A DNA stretch of 64,000 nucleotides from Candidatus Bathyarchaeota archaeon (GCA_963833125.1 CAWHWX010000034.1:32001-96000), one strand, 5' to 3'; counted from the first letter of the stretch, positions 32,477 through 42,990 are shown. Made by a program: numbers and translations. The notes: generated by a model not told the origin, from the letters alone.

Positions 32477-34906
32477 ATGAAACGATCTCGACAATTACTC
32501 CCGTGCCTCGTGATCTTTTTAGCCCTTATGATTCCCGCCACTCAAATCGCATTCGCAATTCCGCCACTTGCAGCCGGCACATTTTCACCCGGTACAATTG
32601 TAGTTCCAATGGATGACAAGCAGGTCGATAGGATTCATGTTTACGGTTTCATTCACGAATTCCTGAGGAACAACCCAGGAAGCGTGGTCGCTCGTATTAT
32701 CGAACCACCAAACGTGATTCTTCAAACAGACCTGACTCCAGCGGGAGTGCTCTATCAAGGAGGCCCGTTCCTCATCGATTCAAGCTTTACTTCCGCTGTA
32801 AACGCGATGTTAGCTAATGCGACCTTCTCAAAAGTAACGACCACCCGTCTGTCAACCACGTTCACCTCGAACCGAGTCTTCTTCGTCCGGCAGCCTACTC
32901 GGATTCTTGTAATCAGTGACGGTTATTGGGGGAAGACCTTCCTGACGTTGGGCAGGATGGGTATCAGCTACACCCAGATCTCCACCGCTCAGGCTATGGC
33001 TAACCCATCAATCATCAATCAGTATACCTTGATCGTTCTGGACAGTCCGGGTTGGTACGGGAATCCGTCTGCCTATACGCCGTTGCACAGGTCGCAAATT
33101 ACGGCTGTGTATAATACGATTCAGGCGCGAGTTTCGGCAGGAAATGAGGTCATGTTTACCGATGCCGCGATATTCGACCTGAATTCTACGTTTCCAGGAT
33201 ACGTCAAGTTGGGAAACCCTGGTGAGACTGGGTCATGGAAGAGCATGATGAACAATCCGACCAAGGGCGACTCTGGATTTGATGCCGAATTTCCAAGTCA
33301 ATACTACAACCCAGGCCCCACTCCCAACGCAGTTACCATATTCACTGAGGAGGGTGTTGGAAATTGGGTTCCTAACGGGGTTCATCCAGGCCACACAGGC
33401 GACGTCAGGATTATAATGGATAGTACGAATTACGGAATCCCGAAACTTCCCTACTCGATCCTTGCCTTCTACTTCCCCTACGGGAACGGTATAGTTGAAG
33501 GGCTCGCGCTTCAACCCTACGAGCAGCTGTACCCAACCTACGCGGATTACAACGGGTATTATGCTGTATACCAGATTTATGGAAACAAATTCGTCGAAGG
33601 GCTGTCAGCAGACTTCTCACTCACGGCCTCCCCGCCGTCCGTAACGGTACAGAAGACCCAAACCGCCACCTACCAAGTCACGATTTCTTCGATTAGTAGT
33701 TTCTCAGGAACGGTTAACCTTCAAGTAAGTGGCCTACCTCCTGGCGCCCAAGCAGTCTTCACCCCTTCGGGATCAGTCGCGCTCGGCCAAGGTCAGTCTG
33801 TGGCTGAGACACTCAGCGTCCTCACGACTCAGAGCACGCCTCTCGGCAGTTACAACCTAACAATAACAGGCAGCACGAGCCAACCACTGATAACTCATAA
33901 CGTTGTTGTTGGCCTCGTTGTCACCACGCCACCCAGTGACTTCGGCATCGCGATAGCACCCAATCGACTCTACGTGAATCAAGGCCAATGCGGAAACTTC
34001 ACTATCACCGTGAATTCCATTGGAACCTTTAGCTCCGCGGTTAATCTCACACTAACCGGATTGCCCGCGCACGTATCTAGCCAATTCACAACGAACCCAA
34101 TAACGCCGCCAGCGGGAGCTACTGTTCAGTCGCTTCTGAAGGTGTGCCCAGCGTCCACCGCGGCTCCAGGTAATTACACGATCGTAATCGGTGGGACGAG
34201 CGGGGTTACGGTTCATACCGTTAACGCTATTCTGAGCATTCCGGGACCGACTGTCGTCACATATCCGTTTAACCCATTGATCTTCTGGCTCGTCATTGGC
34301 ATGCTACTCCTCGCGCTGGGTTTAGCGCTACTTGCCTTCGCGCTTTCAGGGAAACGTAGGCGGGTAGCCCCTGCAGCCGTTCCGATGGTTGCAGTCGCGC
34401 CACCGCCTAGGCAGCTGATACGATATATTCTGCCCATGCCTACCGTTCGTTGCAGGTATTGCGGCAGAGTCATGCCTCTTAACACGGTCTATTGTCCCTT
34501 CTGCGGAAGACCACAAGTCGTTCTACCGCCTCCGGCGCCACGACTTACCTCAGCTCGCCGACTAGGTGGAAAGAACATCATTGCAGTAATCCTATCGCTC
34601 TTATCAGGAATCTTAGTATTGCTGAATAGTGCTGCACTGCTTTCGCCTTCCTTCTTCGCTACATGGTCATCCATATTCTTCTGGCTACCGACCCTCGGAC
34701 CGTCCTACGCCTTCATGCTTGGAGCAATAATCGGTCTAACATTGATTCTCGGCGCGATCATAATGGCACTAAGTAACGGAGCTCTCGCTGATGTGATAAT
34801 ATTCCCATTCGCAATCTTCAGCTTAATCGTCGGAGGAGGATTCATCGCAGGAATGATCCTAGGAATTCTGGGCGGAATCCTCGCGATTGCCCGACGCAAC
34901 TCTTAA
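32477..34906 (+). CDS. Large cell-surface protein: signal peptide, Ig-like repeats, TM helix, zinc ribbon, C-terminal TM bundle
   Basis: Two DF(S/G)(L/I)...G.Y.(L/I).I.G repeats; CRYC...CPFC; GGGFIAG TM tail; GGAGG RBS. Confidence 0.8.
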   Translation: MKRSRQLLPCLVIFLALMIPATQIAFAIPPLAAGTFSPGTIVVPMDDKQVDRIHVYGFIHEFLRNNPGSVVARIIEPPNVILQTDLTPAGVLYQGGPFLIDSSFTSAVNAMLANATFSKVTTTRLSTTFTSNRVFFVRQPTRILVISDGYWGKTFLTLGRMGISYTQISTAQAMANPSIINQYTLIVLDSPGWYGNPSAYTPLHRSQITAVYNTIQARVSAGNEVMFTDAAIFDLNSTFPGYVKLGNPGETGSWKSMMNNPTKGDSGFDAEFPSQYYNPGPTPNAVTIFTEEGVGNWVPNGVHPGHTGDVRIIMDSTNYGIPKLPYSILAFYFPYGNGIVEGLALQPYEQLYPTYADYNGYYAVYQIYGNKFVEGLSADFSLTASPPSVTVQKTQTATYQVTISSISSFSGTVNLQVSGLPPGAQAVFTPSGSVALGQGQSVAETLSVLTTQSTPLGSYNLTITGSTSQPLITHNVVVGLVVTTPPSDFGIAIAPNRLYVNQGQCGNFTITVNSIGTFSSAVNLTLTGLPAHVSSQFTTNPITPPAGATVQSLLKVCPASTAAPGNYTIVIGGTSGVTVHTVNAILSIPGPTVVTYPFNPLIFWLVIGMLLLALGLALLAFALSGKRRRVAPAAVPMVAVAPPPRQLIRYILPMPTVRCRYCGRVMPLNTVYCPFCGRPQVVLPPPAPRLTSARRLGGKNIIAVILSLLSGILVLLNSAALLSPSFFATWSSIFFWLPTLGPSYAFMLGAIIGLTLILGAIIMALSNGALADVIIFPFAIFSLIVGGGFIAGMILGILGGILAIARRNS

Positions 34907-35338
34907 CGAAATTTCTCGATAGTTTTCAACAACTTTCTAGACCTAGTCCAGTGAAGCGCTTTCGGTATTGGACTTGCCTTTCTTACACCCGTAGTGTGCT
35001 CAGAATTCACTGAAACCTCTCAACGAGTTTTAGGATCAAACTTCAACTTCGTGCAATTGTTTAGATCGATGTATCAAGCCGTACGCATTTAATCGACCAG
35101 GTTTGCTTGGAAGTTGCAATTTCGTGCTCTGATTATTGGCGTGAATGGCTGAAACCATTCCTCCTCGTACGGTGAAACTCCTAAGTGGCGAAACGATTAG
35201 AATTCTGTTTCAGGTGAGATAAATTGGAAATCATGGAATATTATCGTGATTCAAGCGGCTTCTGGAGAATCAAAAACTTCAGAAGGCGACGCCGCGCAAG
35301 AATCTAAGCTAACCGAGCTAAGTCGCTCTGAGTTACCG

Positions 35339-36514
35339 CTAAGTAGTGTGAATTTCCACAATGTCCTGATCGCCTAGCACATGCTCAGGGCCGACTCGTT
35401 CGCCCGCGAACTTGCTAGTGGAACCCCATATTCTTGAGTACCGATACCTCTCTGCTAGGTTGGTGTGTATACTGTTGGCAAGCTCCTTGACAGTCGTCCC
35501 TGCGCGTACCACGAAGGGGTGGTCGGACGGCTTCGGATGGTTTGGCTCCTTGGTGTACACTCGGATGATTCCCAAAGATTCGAATAACTTGCCCCCTATC
35601 ACGGTCAATCCTTGCCCGGTTAAGCACGATGTGAGTGTGGTTGGAAGGAAATCCGGAACGTAGCTTATGAATTTCGATGAGTTTTCTCTTCCAAAGTCAA
35701 GGTCAATTTTGTTGGCGACTAGGAGAGTTGGCTTGTACAGCGTCACATTCTCTAGTACAGCGTCTTCCACATCGCCGATGGACGCACTTCCGTAGATCCT
35801 TACTAGCGCGCTCCTGATGCCGTAGCCGTGCAATAATTCACGAATCTGCTCGTGAGAAACCGAATCTTGCGTACTCGTCGTCGCAATCCGTATTTCTCCA
35901 GAACCTTTCGTTGGAACTATCTCAACTCGCGATATAGGTTTCTGAATCGATATGTCTGACTCCTCTAGACTCTCGGTGATTAGTTCAAGTTGACGGTGCG
36001 GTTCGTTTGTCAGATCTACAACGACGATTAACCCGTCGCAACGGTGAATTAGATCAATGGATTCGGGTTGAAATTGGTATCGTCCACTTCGCGCAAGTCG
36101 GGGTGCAGGGACTTCTACTAACTGTATCTGAATGTCTTGATATTGCAGAATCCCGGGTATCGGGTGTTCTGTTGTGTATTCGTATGAGGCGACGGTAACC
36201 TGTGCATTTGTCAGTGACCTCAGGAGGCTGCTCTTGCCGGCATTCGTCGGGCCAAGTATCATGACTTGCGCGGCCCCCTCGCGCTCTATGAACCATGAAG
36301 ACTTACCGCCAGCGTGTCTGCCGCGTAGGCTGATGATTTCTTGCTTAAGTTCTGCGATCTTCGTCTTGACTTGAGCTCTGAGTCTCTCGTTTCCCTTATG
36401 CTGCGGAATCGCGGCGAGAAACTCGGCGTATGCTTGAAGTTTTTCCTTAGGGTTCTTCGAGGTCTGAGCCAGTTGCCATTTAGCTTTGGCTTCGTCGGTA
36501 AGGTTTGCCGGCAG
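35339..36514 (-). CDS. DRG/OBG-family GTPase with TGS domain (apparent CTG start)
   Basis: Frame open to CTG-CCG-GCA-AAC (MPANL); HKGNE, GPTNAGKS, YEYTT, NKID, C-terminal TGS. Confidence 0.9.
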   Translation of the reverse strand: MPANLTDEAKAKWQLAQTSKNPKEKLQAYAEFLAAIPQHKGNERLRAQVKTKIAELKQEIISLRGRHAGGKSSWFIEREGAAQVMILGPTNAGKSSLLRSLTNAQVTVASYEYTTEHPIPGILQYQDIQIQLVEVPAPRLARSGRYQFQPESIDLIHRCDGLIVVVDLTNEPHRQLELITESLEESDISIQKPISRVEIVPTKGSGEIRIATTSTQDSVSHEQIRELLHGYGIRSALVRIYGSASIGDVEDAVLENVTLYKPTLLVANKIDLDFGRENSSKFISYVPDFLPTTLTSCLTGQGLTVIGGKLFESLGIIRVYTKEPNHPKPSDHPFVVRAGTTVKELANSIHTNLAERYRYSRIWGSTSKFAGERVGPEHVLGDQDIVEIHTT

Positions 36515-36541
36515 CCGTTCTCACCGGTCATTATGGAATTC

Positions 36542-37081
36542 TTAGTGGAAGAGAAATGGGGCGGGTGGAGGATTGATGTCCTTTTCAGGGACAGTGGTGA
36601 CGATCGTTTTGGCAACCAAGTCACCCAACCTTTGTCTGTCATGGGTGAAGGCAATGATCACAACAGCGAGGATATACAGGGCGGGTAACCAGTCAACAAA
36701 ACGCAAAATATTTCTCTTGAATGAGGCACCAAATGAACAGGGGTCGCCACTCTTTTCGACGACGCGCAATTTCAACAGAGTTTTGCCAACCGTCGAGGCG
36801 AAGAGCCCTTCCTGCAGAAAATAGTACGCGAACCCTATGCCACCAAGGTATACCTCACTGGCCGTCAACCTGATTGGGTACAACGCAGCAGTTTCACGTT
36901 GAAAACCAATCAGGGCAAACCAAACCGCAGCGATTATGATCGAGTCAACGAGGCCGGCCAAAAGTCGCTTATTCACTGGGGCGGGGGGAATCTTTAGCGG
37001 CGGAGTTGAGAGAGTTTCAATCGAGACTTCATCATGGTCGTCGTGATTCTGATGACTATGAGGTTGAGACATTGCAATCAA
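36542..37081 (-). CDS. RDD-family membrane protein
   Basis: KRLLAGLVD, TVGK..LKLRVV, QRLGDLVAKTIV. Confidence 0.9.
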   Translation of the reverse strand: MIAMSQPHSHQNHDDHDEVSIETLSTPPLKIPPAPVNKRLLAGLVDSIIIAAVWFALIGFQRETAALYPIRLTASEVYLGGIGFAYYFLQEGLFASTVGKTLLKLRVVEKSGDPCSFGASFKRNILRFVDWLPALYILAVVIIAFTHDRQRLGDLVAKTIVTTVPEKDINPPPAPFLFH

Positions 37082-37199
37082 GTCGTTACTGGATTTCTAT
37101 CTGGTAGGGGTGGGAGTTTCATGTGCCGAAATTCTGAGAGTTTAGACATAGGCTTAAATATTATTCGGGCCGGTAACGTGTTAACTAGAAAAGGAGCAT

Positions 37200-37520
37200 T
37201 TGACCCAAATAATGGCGGAAGTATGCCCAACTTGTGGGCTTCCAAAAGATTTGTGTGTCTGCGGAACCATCAGCATGGAACAGCAGCTTGTCAAGGTCCG
37301 CCTCGAAACCAGGAAATGGGGTAAGGCAACTACCATAATCGAGGGCATCAACTCAAAGAGCGTTGATCTTGGGGATCTCGGCGCCAAGCTGAAGACTTAC
37401 TGCGCCTGCGGTGGAACCTCAAAAGAGGGTCTGATAATGCTTCAGGGTGACCATCGCGGGAAAGTCAAAAAGTTGCTCGTGCAGTTTGGTTTTCCAGAAA
37501 CCTCAATAGAAATCCATTGA
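37200..37520 (+). CDS. sui1: Translation initiation factor aIF1 (SUI1/YciH)
   Basis: CPTCGLPKDLCVC, LKTYCACGGT, LQGDHR. Confidence 0.95.
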   Translation: MTQIMAEVCPTCGLPKDLCVCGTISMEQQLVKVRLETRKWGKATTIIEGINSKSVDLGDLGAKLKTYCACGGTSKEGLIMLQGDHRGKVKKLLVQFGFPETSIEIH

Positions 37521-37541
37521 CCCTATTCCCGGGAATATCAC

Positions 37542-37751
37542 TTGAGTTCGTTTTTTGACGCACTGAAGAATCTGAAACATTCGGGGCCTGCACCTCAGGC
37601 TTGTCCCGTGTGTGGCAGTGTTAAGATCAGGCAACAGGGATCCCTCTATGGCTGGCTACTGCCGGCTCTCTACGCGTGTGAACGCTGCGGTTACGTCGGC
37701 AGCCTGGTGTTAGAGCTGGACGAAGCAGCTGAAGACCAAGATCGAAAGTGA
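37542..37751 (+). CDS. Small zinc-ribbon protein
   Basis: CPVCGS...YACERCGYVG. Confidence 0.75.
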   Translation: MSSFFDALKNLKHSGPAPQACPVCGSVKIRQQGSLYGWLLPALYACERCGYVGSLVLELDEAAEDQDRK

Positions 37752-37765
37752 AACACTAATGTTCC

Positions 37766-38724
37766 ATGTTCGGAACATTAATATACGCCGCACTTCGACA
37801 CAAGAAAATCGGTTCCATCAAGGAGACTACGGCCAAAGTGCGGACACATGGAAGACTGACCCTCGCACTGTACCTGCTGCTCATACTCATTCTACCTTTG
37901 CTGATGGCTGGCATTCAAGCCGCCAAGGCAGATCAACCACTAGTCCGAACTGAATCCGTACAACTCAACGTCGGCGACACGCTTGTCATCCGGAGCGACC
38001 ACCTAGCCATACAACAGGTCTTCGTCGAAGGCAATTTCTCAACCACCCAGCTCATCAAACCCAGTCAATACCCAACAAATGACTTCGAACTCCAAGCTGG
38101 ATCAGCCGGCGGCTACGGGGTAAGGGTGATTTTCAGTCAGGCGACCGACTACAATGTCAACCTATTCGTTAGGCAGGATGGAACCAACGCGATTTGAAAA
38201 CAGTACGAGCTACTACGTATCCGGGGGGACACTCGAACTCGACGTGAGCGCTTACTTCAACCCAAGACCCATTGACATTGCAGCCGTTGCACCCTTGATT
38301 TCCCCATGGGACAGCTTAGTGGATTGGTTTGGCAGCTTCGGTCAGGCGTTCCCGTTGTGGGTCAAAGCCCTATACCTATTGCTAGGAGTACAATTTCTCG
38401 CTGTTGGCGGTTTGTGGATTCGACGCGAGACCGCAAGCCGAGAAGGGACCGCCCAGCGCTTGGACGGCGGGGACAAAGCCTACCTCTGGCTAGACATCGT
38501 TTACAAATTCCTACTAGCCTCGTTTGTCGCCATCGTGGCGATTATGGGAGGTGAGCTGATTCTACTATTCGTGTTGCGCTTCATGTTCCTGGTCTCAATC
38601 AACCTCCTTTCGCTATGGGATCTTTTCGTGGTGGGCTTTGCCGCGGGTGCGGTCATCATAGTCGTACCTGATCCGTTTCACGCTCGAGAAAGGTTTCGAC
38701 CTGAAACCTGTGGAAAGTGAGTAA
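37766..38724 (+). CDS. Membrane protein with extracellular beta-rich domain and three C-terminal TM helices (two frameshifts)
   Basis: ORFs 37766-38197 and 38154-38720 join near 38193; restored C-terminus YLIRFTLEKGFDLKPVESE ends at TAA 38724, 1 nt before the next ATG. Confidence 0.7.
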
Positions 38725-38725
38725 T

Positions 38726-41482
38726 ATGGAGGGCAAGCTTGACGATATTGAAGCCAGCCTACAAACCACGCTAGAAACTGAATCCGAGGAAACCTGGTGG
38801 AAGAAAACTGCGCCATTGAGGTGGGCGAACTATGTTCCACTCCGCCTCGTAGATAGGGAGTTTGTCAGGTGGCGAAAGTCAAGGATTTCGCCAAGGAAGT
38901 TTCGGAAGATACAACAACGGCTAGACCGTTTATACCCTCCAACCAGATTCTCCGCTACGAAGCTAATCGGTCGCGATAAAGAATACAACTTGCTGCTGGA
39001 TTCATTCAGACTGCACGTCCTTAAACACCCAATGCTCAGAAAATGGTTCAACAAGGACGAACTTCCAAAAGCGATTTGCCTGACCGGTGAAAGTGGCACC
39101 GGGAAAACATTCCTAACAATGGTTTCCTTGAAACAGATGCTGCTTGAGGCTCACAAGAACGGAATCTACCTATCCCCCATCATCATCAAGGGATCAGACG
39201 TATTCTCAGAATACTACGGTAGGAGTACCAAGCAGTTAGGGAAGCTTCTGGAACAAGCCGCCTCAGCCCCTTCAGTCGTCTACATTGATGAATTCCAAAG
39301 CTTCGGAAGAAAAGTACGTGGGGAAACAGGAACTGAACTGGAGGATACCCGAGTACAGGACGAGATAAACCGTTGGCTTGACAAAATCACAACCAACGAA
39401 GCAAGAACGCTCGTCATAGTCGCTACCAATTCTTACGAACAAACTCGCGAAGACATCCGCCGTCGACTCACACGTGTGGATCTAGATTCAGGCGTGACGA
39501 GGGAAATGCTGCTCGCTATTGTGGACGACAGAGCTACGGCTGAGGGTTGGAGAGGAGTTTCGTCAACAGAGATACTTGAGGTCCTCGAACGAGAAGCCGC
39601 CCTGCGAAGACATGGTTCGATCACTCCCAACGACATACTAGGAGTCTTCATAGAGGTGAAACGGGCCAAGGAAGTGCCCTTACTCGAAACGATCAGACGT
39701 TCAATGCCCGGTCCACTTTCGAAATGGACTAAGCCGATATACAAGGTAAGTTTGGAAGATTTTGCTCAAGCCGCGCATTCAATGAAGTTCTACGTAGAGC
39801 GCGAAAAATCACGAGAAATTACCGACGCCGTCTACCTAGTTACGCCCAAGGCTAGGAGAGATGACATTGGTGGTCTTCATGACATAAGAGACAAAGTGTT
39901 AAACCACATTTCACTCGCTTTCAGTCGAAAAATGTCCCAACTCGGTTATGCGTCCAACTGCAGGTTTCTACTATTCGGTCCACCAGGGACGGGAAAGACA
40001 TTGCTCGCAATGGTAGCGGCGGCCGAGAACAAAGTCGCTTTCATCAAAGTAAGAGGAGGAGAACTGATGAGCGGGGCAACCTACATAGGAGAACCTGAGA
40101 AACGTATCAAAGATCTATTCGCTCTCGCCAGACAACGAACCCCCTGCATTCTTTTCCTCGACGAAGCCGACGCGATCTTCTGGGGCGCAGATCCCACTGG
40201 AAACAAAATCTTGGCACAAGTGAAAGCCGAGCTCAGCGAGATCAAGCCTGATGAAGGAATCGTGGTCATCGCCGCTTCGAACAAAGAAAACCTCATCGAC
40301 CAAGCAACCAGAGACAGGTTTGAACCCAACGTCTACTACGTCCACCCCCCGCTGAACGATCAAGAATGGCATGAAGTGGTAGGCATCCACCTACGAAGAT
40401 TCGATCGGTTCATACATCCAGAAGTCGATGCAGCGAAAATCACACGTTTGCTTAGAATGCAACGAATCCTCAGCCCCAGAGCCGCATCTGAAACTATTGC
40501 AGAAGCCCACAGGCTATGGGCGTCGGAAATAAGCGCGGTCAGTGAATTGCGTGCTTGCAAAGATAACGGGGATAGGGAGGCGGTTGAAAAGAAGTATTCG
40601 ACGGACCTAAGCAGGCTGCGTTCTGCGCTTGACGGCTCAGAGCATCCGCAATTGTCAATTGAGCAAATCGACGAAAGCAACTATCCGATGCGCCTCTACC
40701 ACTTTGAAAAAGCGATTCAGGCACTTGAATCGAACCAGGCTAGACAAAGGAGAGAGATGGAAGAAGCATTAATCCTTACAACACCCACACCAGGAGCTTC
40801 CTTCGGGCTCTACGCTACCGAAGACGGAACCGGGGGCATAATCACGGTTCAATGCTCAGTCAGGCCTATGATATCCGGCGAACGCCAAGTCTCTGTGACT
40901 GGGAATGCAACTTCAGCCGTAATCGGTCAAAGCGTCGTCTCAGATGAGTCAGTGCTTCAAAGTGCGGAAAACGCCACAGAAGCAATCAGCTCACTTCTAT
41001 GGGCCGCGTCTCAAGTGGACCTAAGTCGGTTACACATACACTTCCAGATCAGGAGTATTTTGGAGGGCGCGCCTGGGCAAGGAGTTTCAGGGCCAAGCGC
41101 CGGGTTAGCTATGGTCTTAGCTCTCCTCTCAGAGCTGGCTGGACTTCCAATCTCCCCCGCCACTGTCGCAACCGGAACCATAGGGGTAAAGCTCGACGTG
41201 GGGCCGGTAGGTGGGCTGGGTGGCTACGGGACCCAAACCGGAAAGATCGTCGGGATCCTGAAATCCCAAAAGATTCGCATTACCGACTTGGTCCTGCCAG
41301 CAGCTAACTTCGAAGCTGCAGGTGACGAAATGCGGATTCTGACCGAGGAAGGAGTGAACGTACGTCCTGTGTCGGACGTATCGGAGTGTTTGAAGACAAT
41401 CTTCGGTAAGGATATGTACGAACTAGTGGCTGAAATAAAGAAAAGGTTTGAGACAGCTCGGTTGGTAGCTCAGTCGTATTAG
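38726..41482 (+). CDS. Tandem AAA+ ATPase (Cdc48/VAT-like D1-D2) fused to a Lon (S16) protease domain
   Basis: GESGTGKT/VYIDE and GPPGTGKT/LFLDEAD; C-terminal LHIHF...SGPSAGLAM...TGTI...PVGGL...GKIVG. Confidence 0.88.
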   Translation: MEGKLDDIEASLQTTLETESEETWWKKTAPLRWANYVPLRLVDREFVRWRKSRISPRKFRKIQQRLDRLYPPTRFSATKLIGRDKEYNLLLDSFRLHVLKHPMLRKWFNKDELPKAICLTGESGTGKTFLTMVSLKQMLLEAHKNGIYLSPIIIKGSDVFSEYYGRSTKQLGKLLEQAASAPSVVYIDEFQSFGRKVRGETGTELEDTRVQDEINRWLDKITTNEARTLVIVATNSYEQTREDIRRRLTRVDLDSGVTREMLLAIVDDRATAEGWRGVSSTEILEVLEREAALRRHGSITPNDILGVFIEVKRAKEVPLLETIRRSMPGPLSKWTKPIYKVSLEDFAQAAHSMKFYVEREKSREITDAVYLVTPKARRDDIGGLHDIRDKVLNHISLAFSRKMSQLGYASNCRFLLFGPPGTGKTLLAMVAAAENKVAFIKVRGGELMSGATYIGEPEKRIKDLFALARQRTPCILFLDEADAIFWGADPTGNKILAQVKAELSEIKPDEGIVVIAASNKENLIDQATRDRFEPNVYYVHPPLNDQEWHEVVGIHLRRFDRFIHPEVDAAKITRLLRMQRILSPRAASETIAEAHRLWASEISAVSELRACKDNGDREAVEKKYSTDLSRLRSALDGSEHPQLSIEQIDESNYPMRLYHFEKAIQALESNQARQRREMEEALILTTPTPGASFGLYATEDGTGGIITVQCSVRPMISGERQVSVTGNATSAVIGQSVVSDESVLQSAENATEAISSLLWAASQVDLSRLHIHFQIRSILEGAPGQGVSGPSAGLAMVLALLSELAGLPISPATVATGTIGVKLDVGPVGGLGGYGTQTGKIVGILKSQKIRITDLVLPAANFEAAGDEMRILTEEGVNVRPVSDVSECLKTIFGKDMYELVAEIKKRFETARLVAQSY

Positions 41483-42412
41483 ATATCGAGCTTGAGCGCT
41501 TCTTTTAATCCCTTGTACCGGTTTCTGACTGTTACCTCGGTAACGTTAGCTACTTCAGCTATCTCTTTCTGGGTTTTCTTTTCCCCTTCGAGGACACACG
41601 CCACGTAGAGCGATGCCGCGGCCAAGCCCATTGGGTCTTTGCCTGCGACTATGCCTTTTCGTTTCGCCTCGTTGATGATTCTGATTGCACGCTGCTGGGT
41701 TGGCATCGAGATTTCGACTTTGGTTGCTATCTTTGAGATGCATTTCACTGGATCCTCGACTGGCATTCTAAGGTCGAGTTCCCTGACGAGGAGTCGGTAG
41801 CATCTTGCTACGTCCTTCTTGCGGATCCTGCTCGCTGCGGATACGTCTTTGAGGGTTCTTGGTGTTTCGGACATTCGGCATGCGGCGTAGAGTGAAGCGG
41901 CGGCTATGGCTGCGATTGACCGTCCTCTTACCAGGCCGTTGTCCAGAGCTTTGCGGTAAACGATTGCGGCCCGTTCTTTGATGGAAGCGGGTATGTGTAG
42001 CATGTCAGTTAAGCGATCGAGTTCGGCCATCGCTTGGGCTAGGTTTCTGTCGGCTGAGGAGTGGACTCGTGTTCGTATCTGCCATTTTCTCAGGCGGAGC
42101 ATTTCAAGTCTGGTTGCCAGGGGCAGTTGGCGACCGTACGCGTCCTCGGTTCACCCGATCAATTACAGTTGATAATCCTTTGTCGTGAATGGAGAATGAT
42201 GTTGGGATACCTACGCAACCTCGTTCATCCTTCTCTTCTTTGGTGAAGGCGCGCCATTCTGGACCTGTGTTTAACGAGTGTTCACTTATGACTAGGCCAC
42301 AGTTGTGGCAACTGATCTCGCCGACATCGTAATCTTCTACTAGGTTTGTGCTGCCACATTCGGGGCAGTTAGTTAACTTTCCAACTTTCCTTGTGGTTGC
42401 GCTTGTACTCAT
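41479..42412 (-). CDS. tfb: Transcription initiation factor B (frameshift near 42145)
   Basis: CPECGS zinc ribbon, GPEWRAF, HDKGLST, LRKWQ, GKDPMGLAAA, VTEVTVRNRYK. Confidence 0.96.
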
Positions 42413-42690
42413 TTCTTTTCACTTTTTTCGATGCTAGACGCTCGGACCATCCATCCCTCCAGTAGAACGCCGGTCGTTCTGCTCGAGAAACACGTCATCC
42501 GGCCCGAAATCTATAATAACTACCCGAGGAACGTATAAAAAGCTTGCGTCGAATTTTAGCATTTCCATCGTACAAGCGTCCCCAAGTGTGGGTGTTTTTC
42601 ACATGTCGGCGTCTACCTCGCCGAAAGCCTTGAAGTGAGCCTAAACTTGACCTAGATGAGCCATATCGCCTTAGGTTGGGGGTTTCGGTG

Positions 42691-42990
42691 CTAGAATGCG
42701 TCCAGTTGTCGACGGAAGTACACGTTGCCTGATTCCCTTCTTACGAATCTTCCGTATCGGCCGCATTCGGACACGAGCATGGGTTGCTGGTCGTCGGGGG
42801 ACGTGATCACTTCAATGTTGACCAGGCGGTATCGTGGCGGCTCCGGCTCCTGCCCGAACGTATGCCGGAAATCCTCAATCGTCATTTCCGGCGCCAATTG
42901 ATCTTGCGTGTCGATGACGACGGAGATCGTTCGGATCGGGACCTTGATGACGATCTCAGCCGGCAAGGGGTCCGTTCTCCGATCTCCCAC
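42691..42990 (-). CDS. Small protein in crenactin operon (possible arcadin)
   Basis: 99 aa, overlaps the upstream gene; degenerate copy of the Cys4 domain of 12658-12957. Confidence 0.7.
   Translation of the reverse strand: MGDRRTDPLPAEIVIKVPIRTISVVIDTQDQLAPEMTIEDFRHTFGQEPEPPRYRLVNIEVITSPDDQQPMLVSECGRYGRFVRRESGNVYFRRQLDAF

Noticed and set aside
35145-35307. Possible 55-aa basic protein (MAETIPP...RRRRRARI)
   Set aside because: It needs an assumed frameshift and has no recognisable motif
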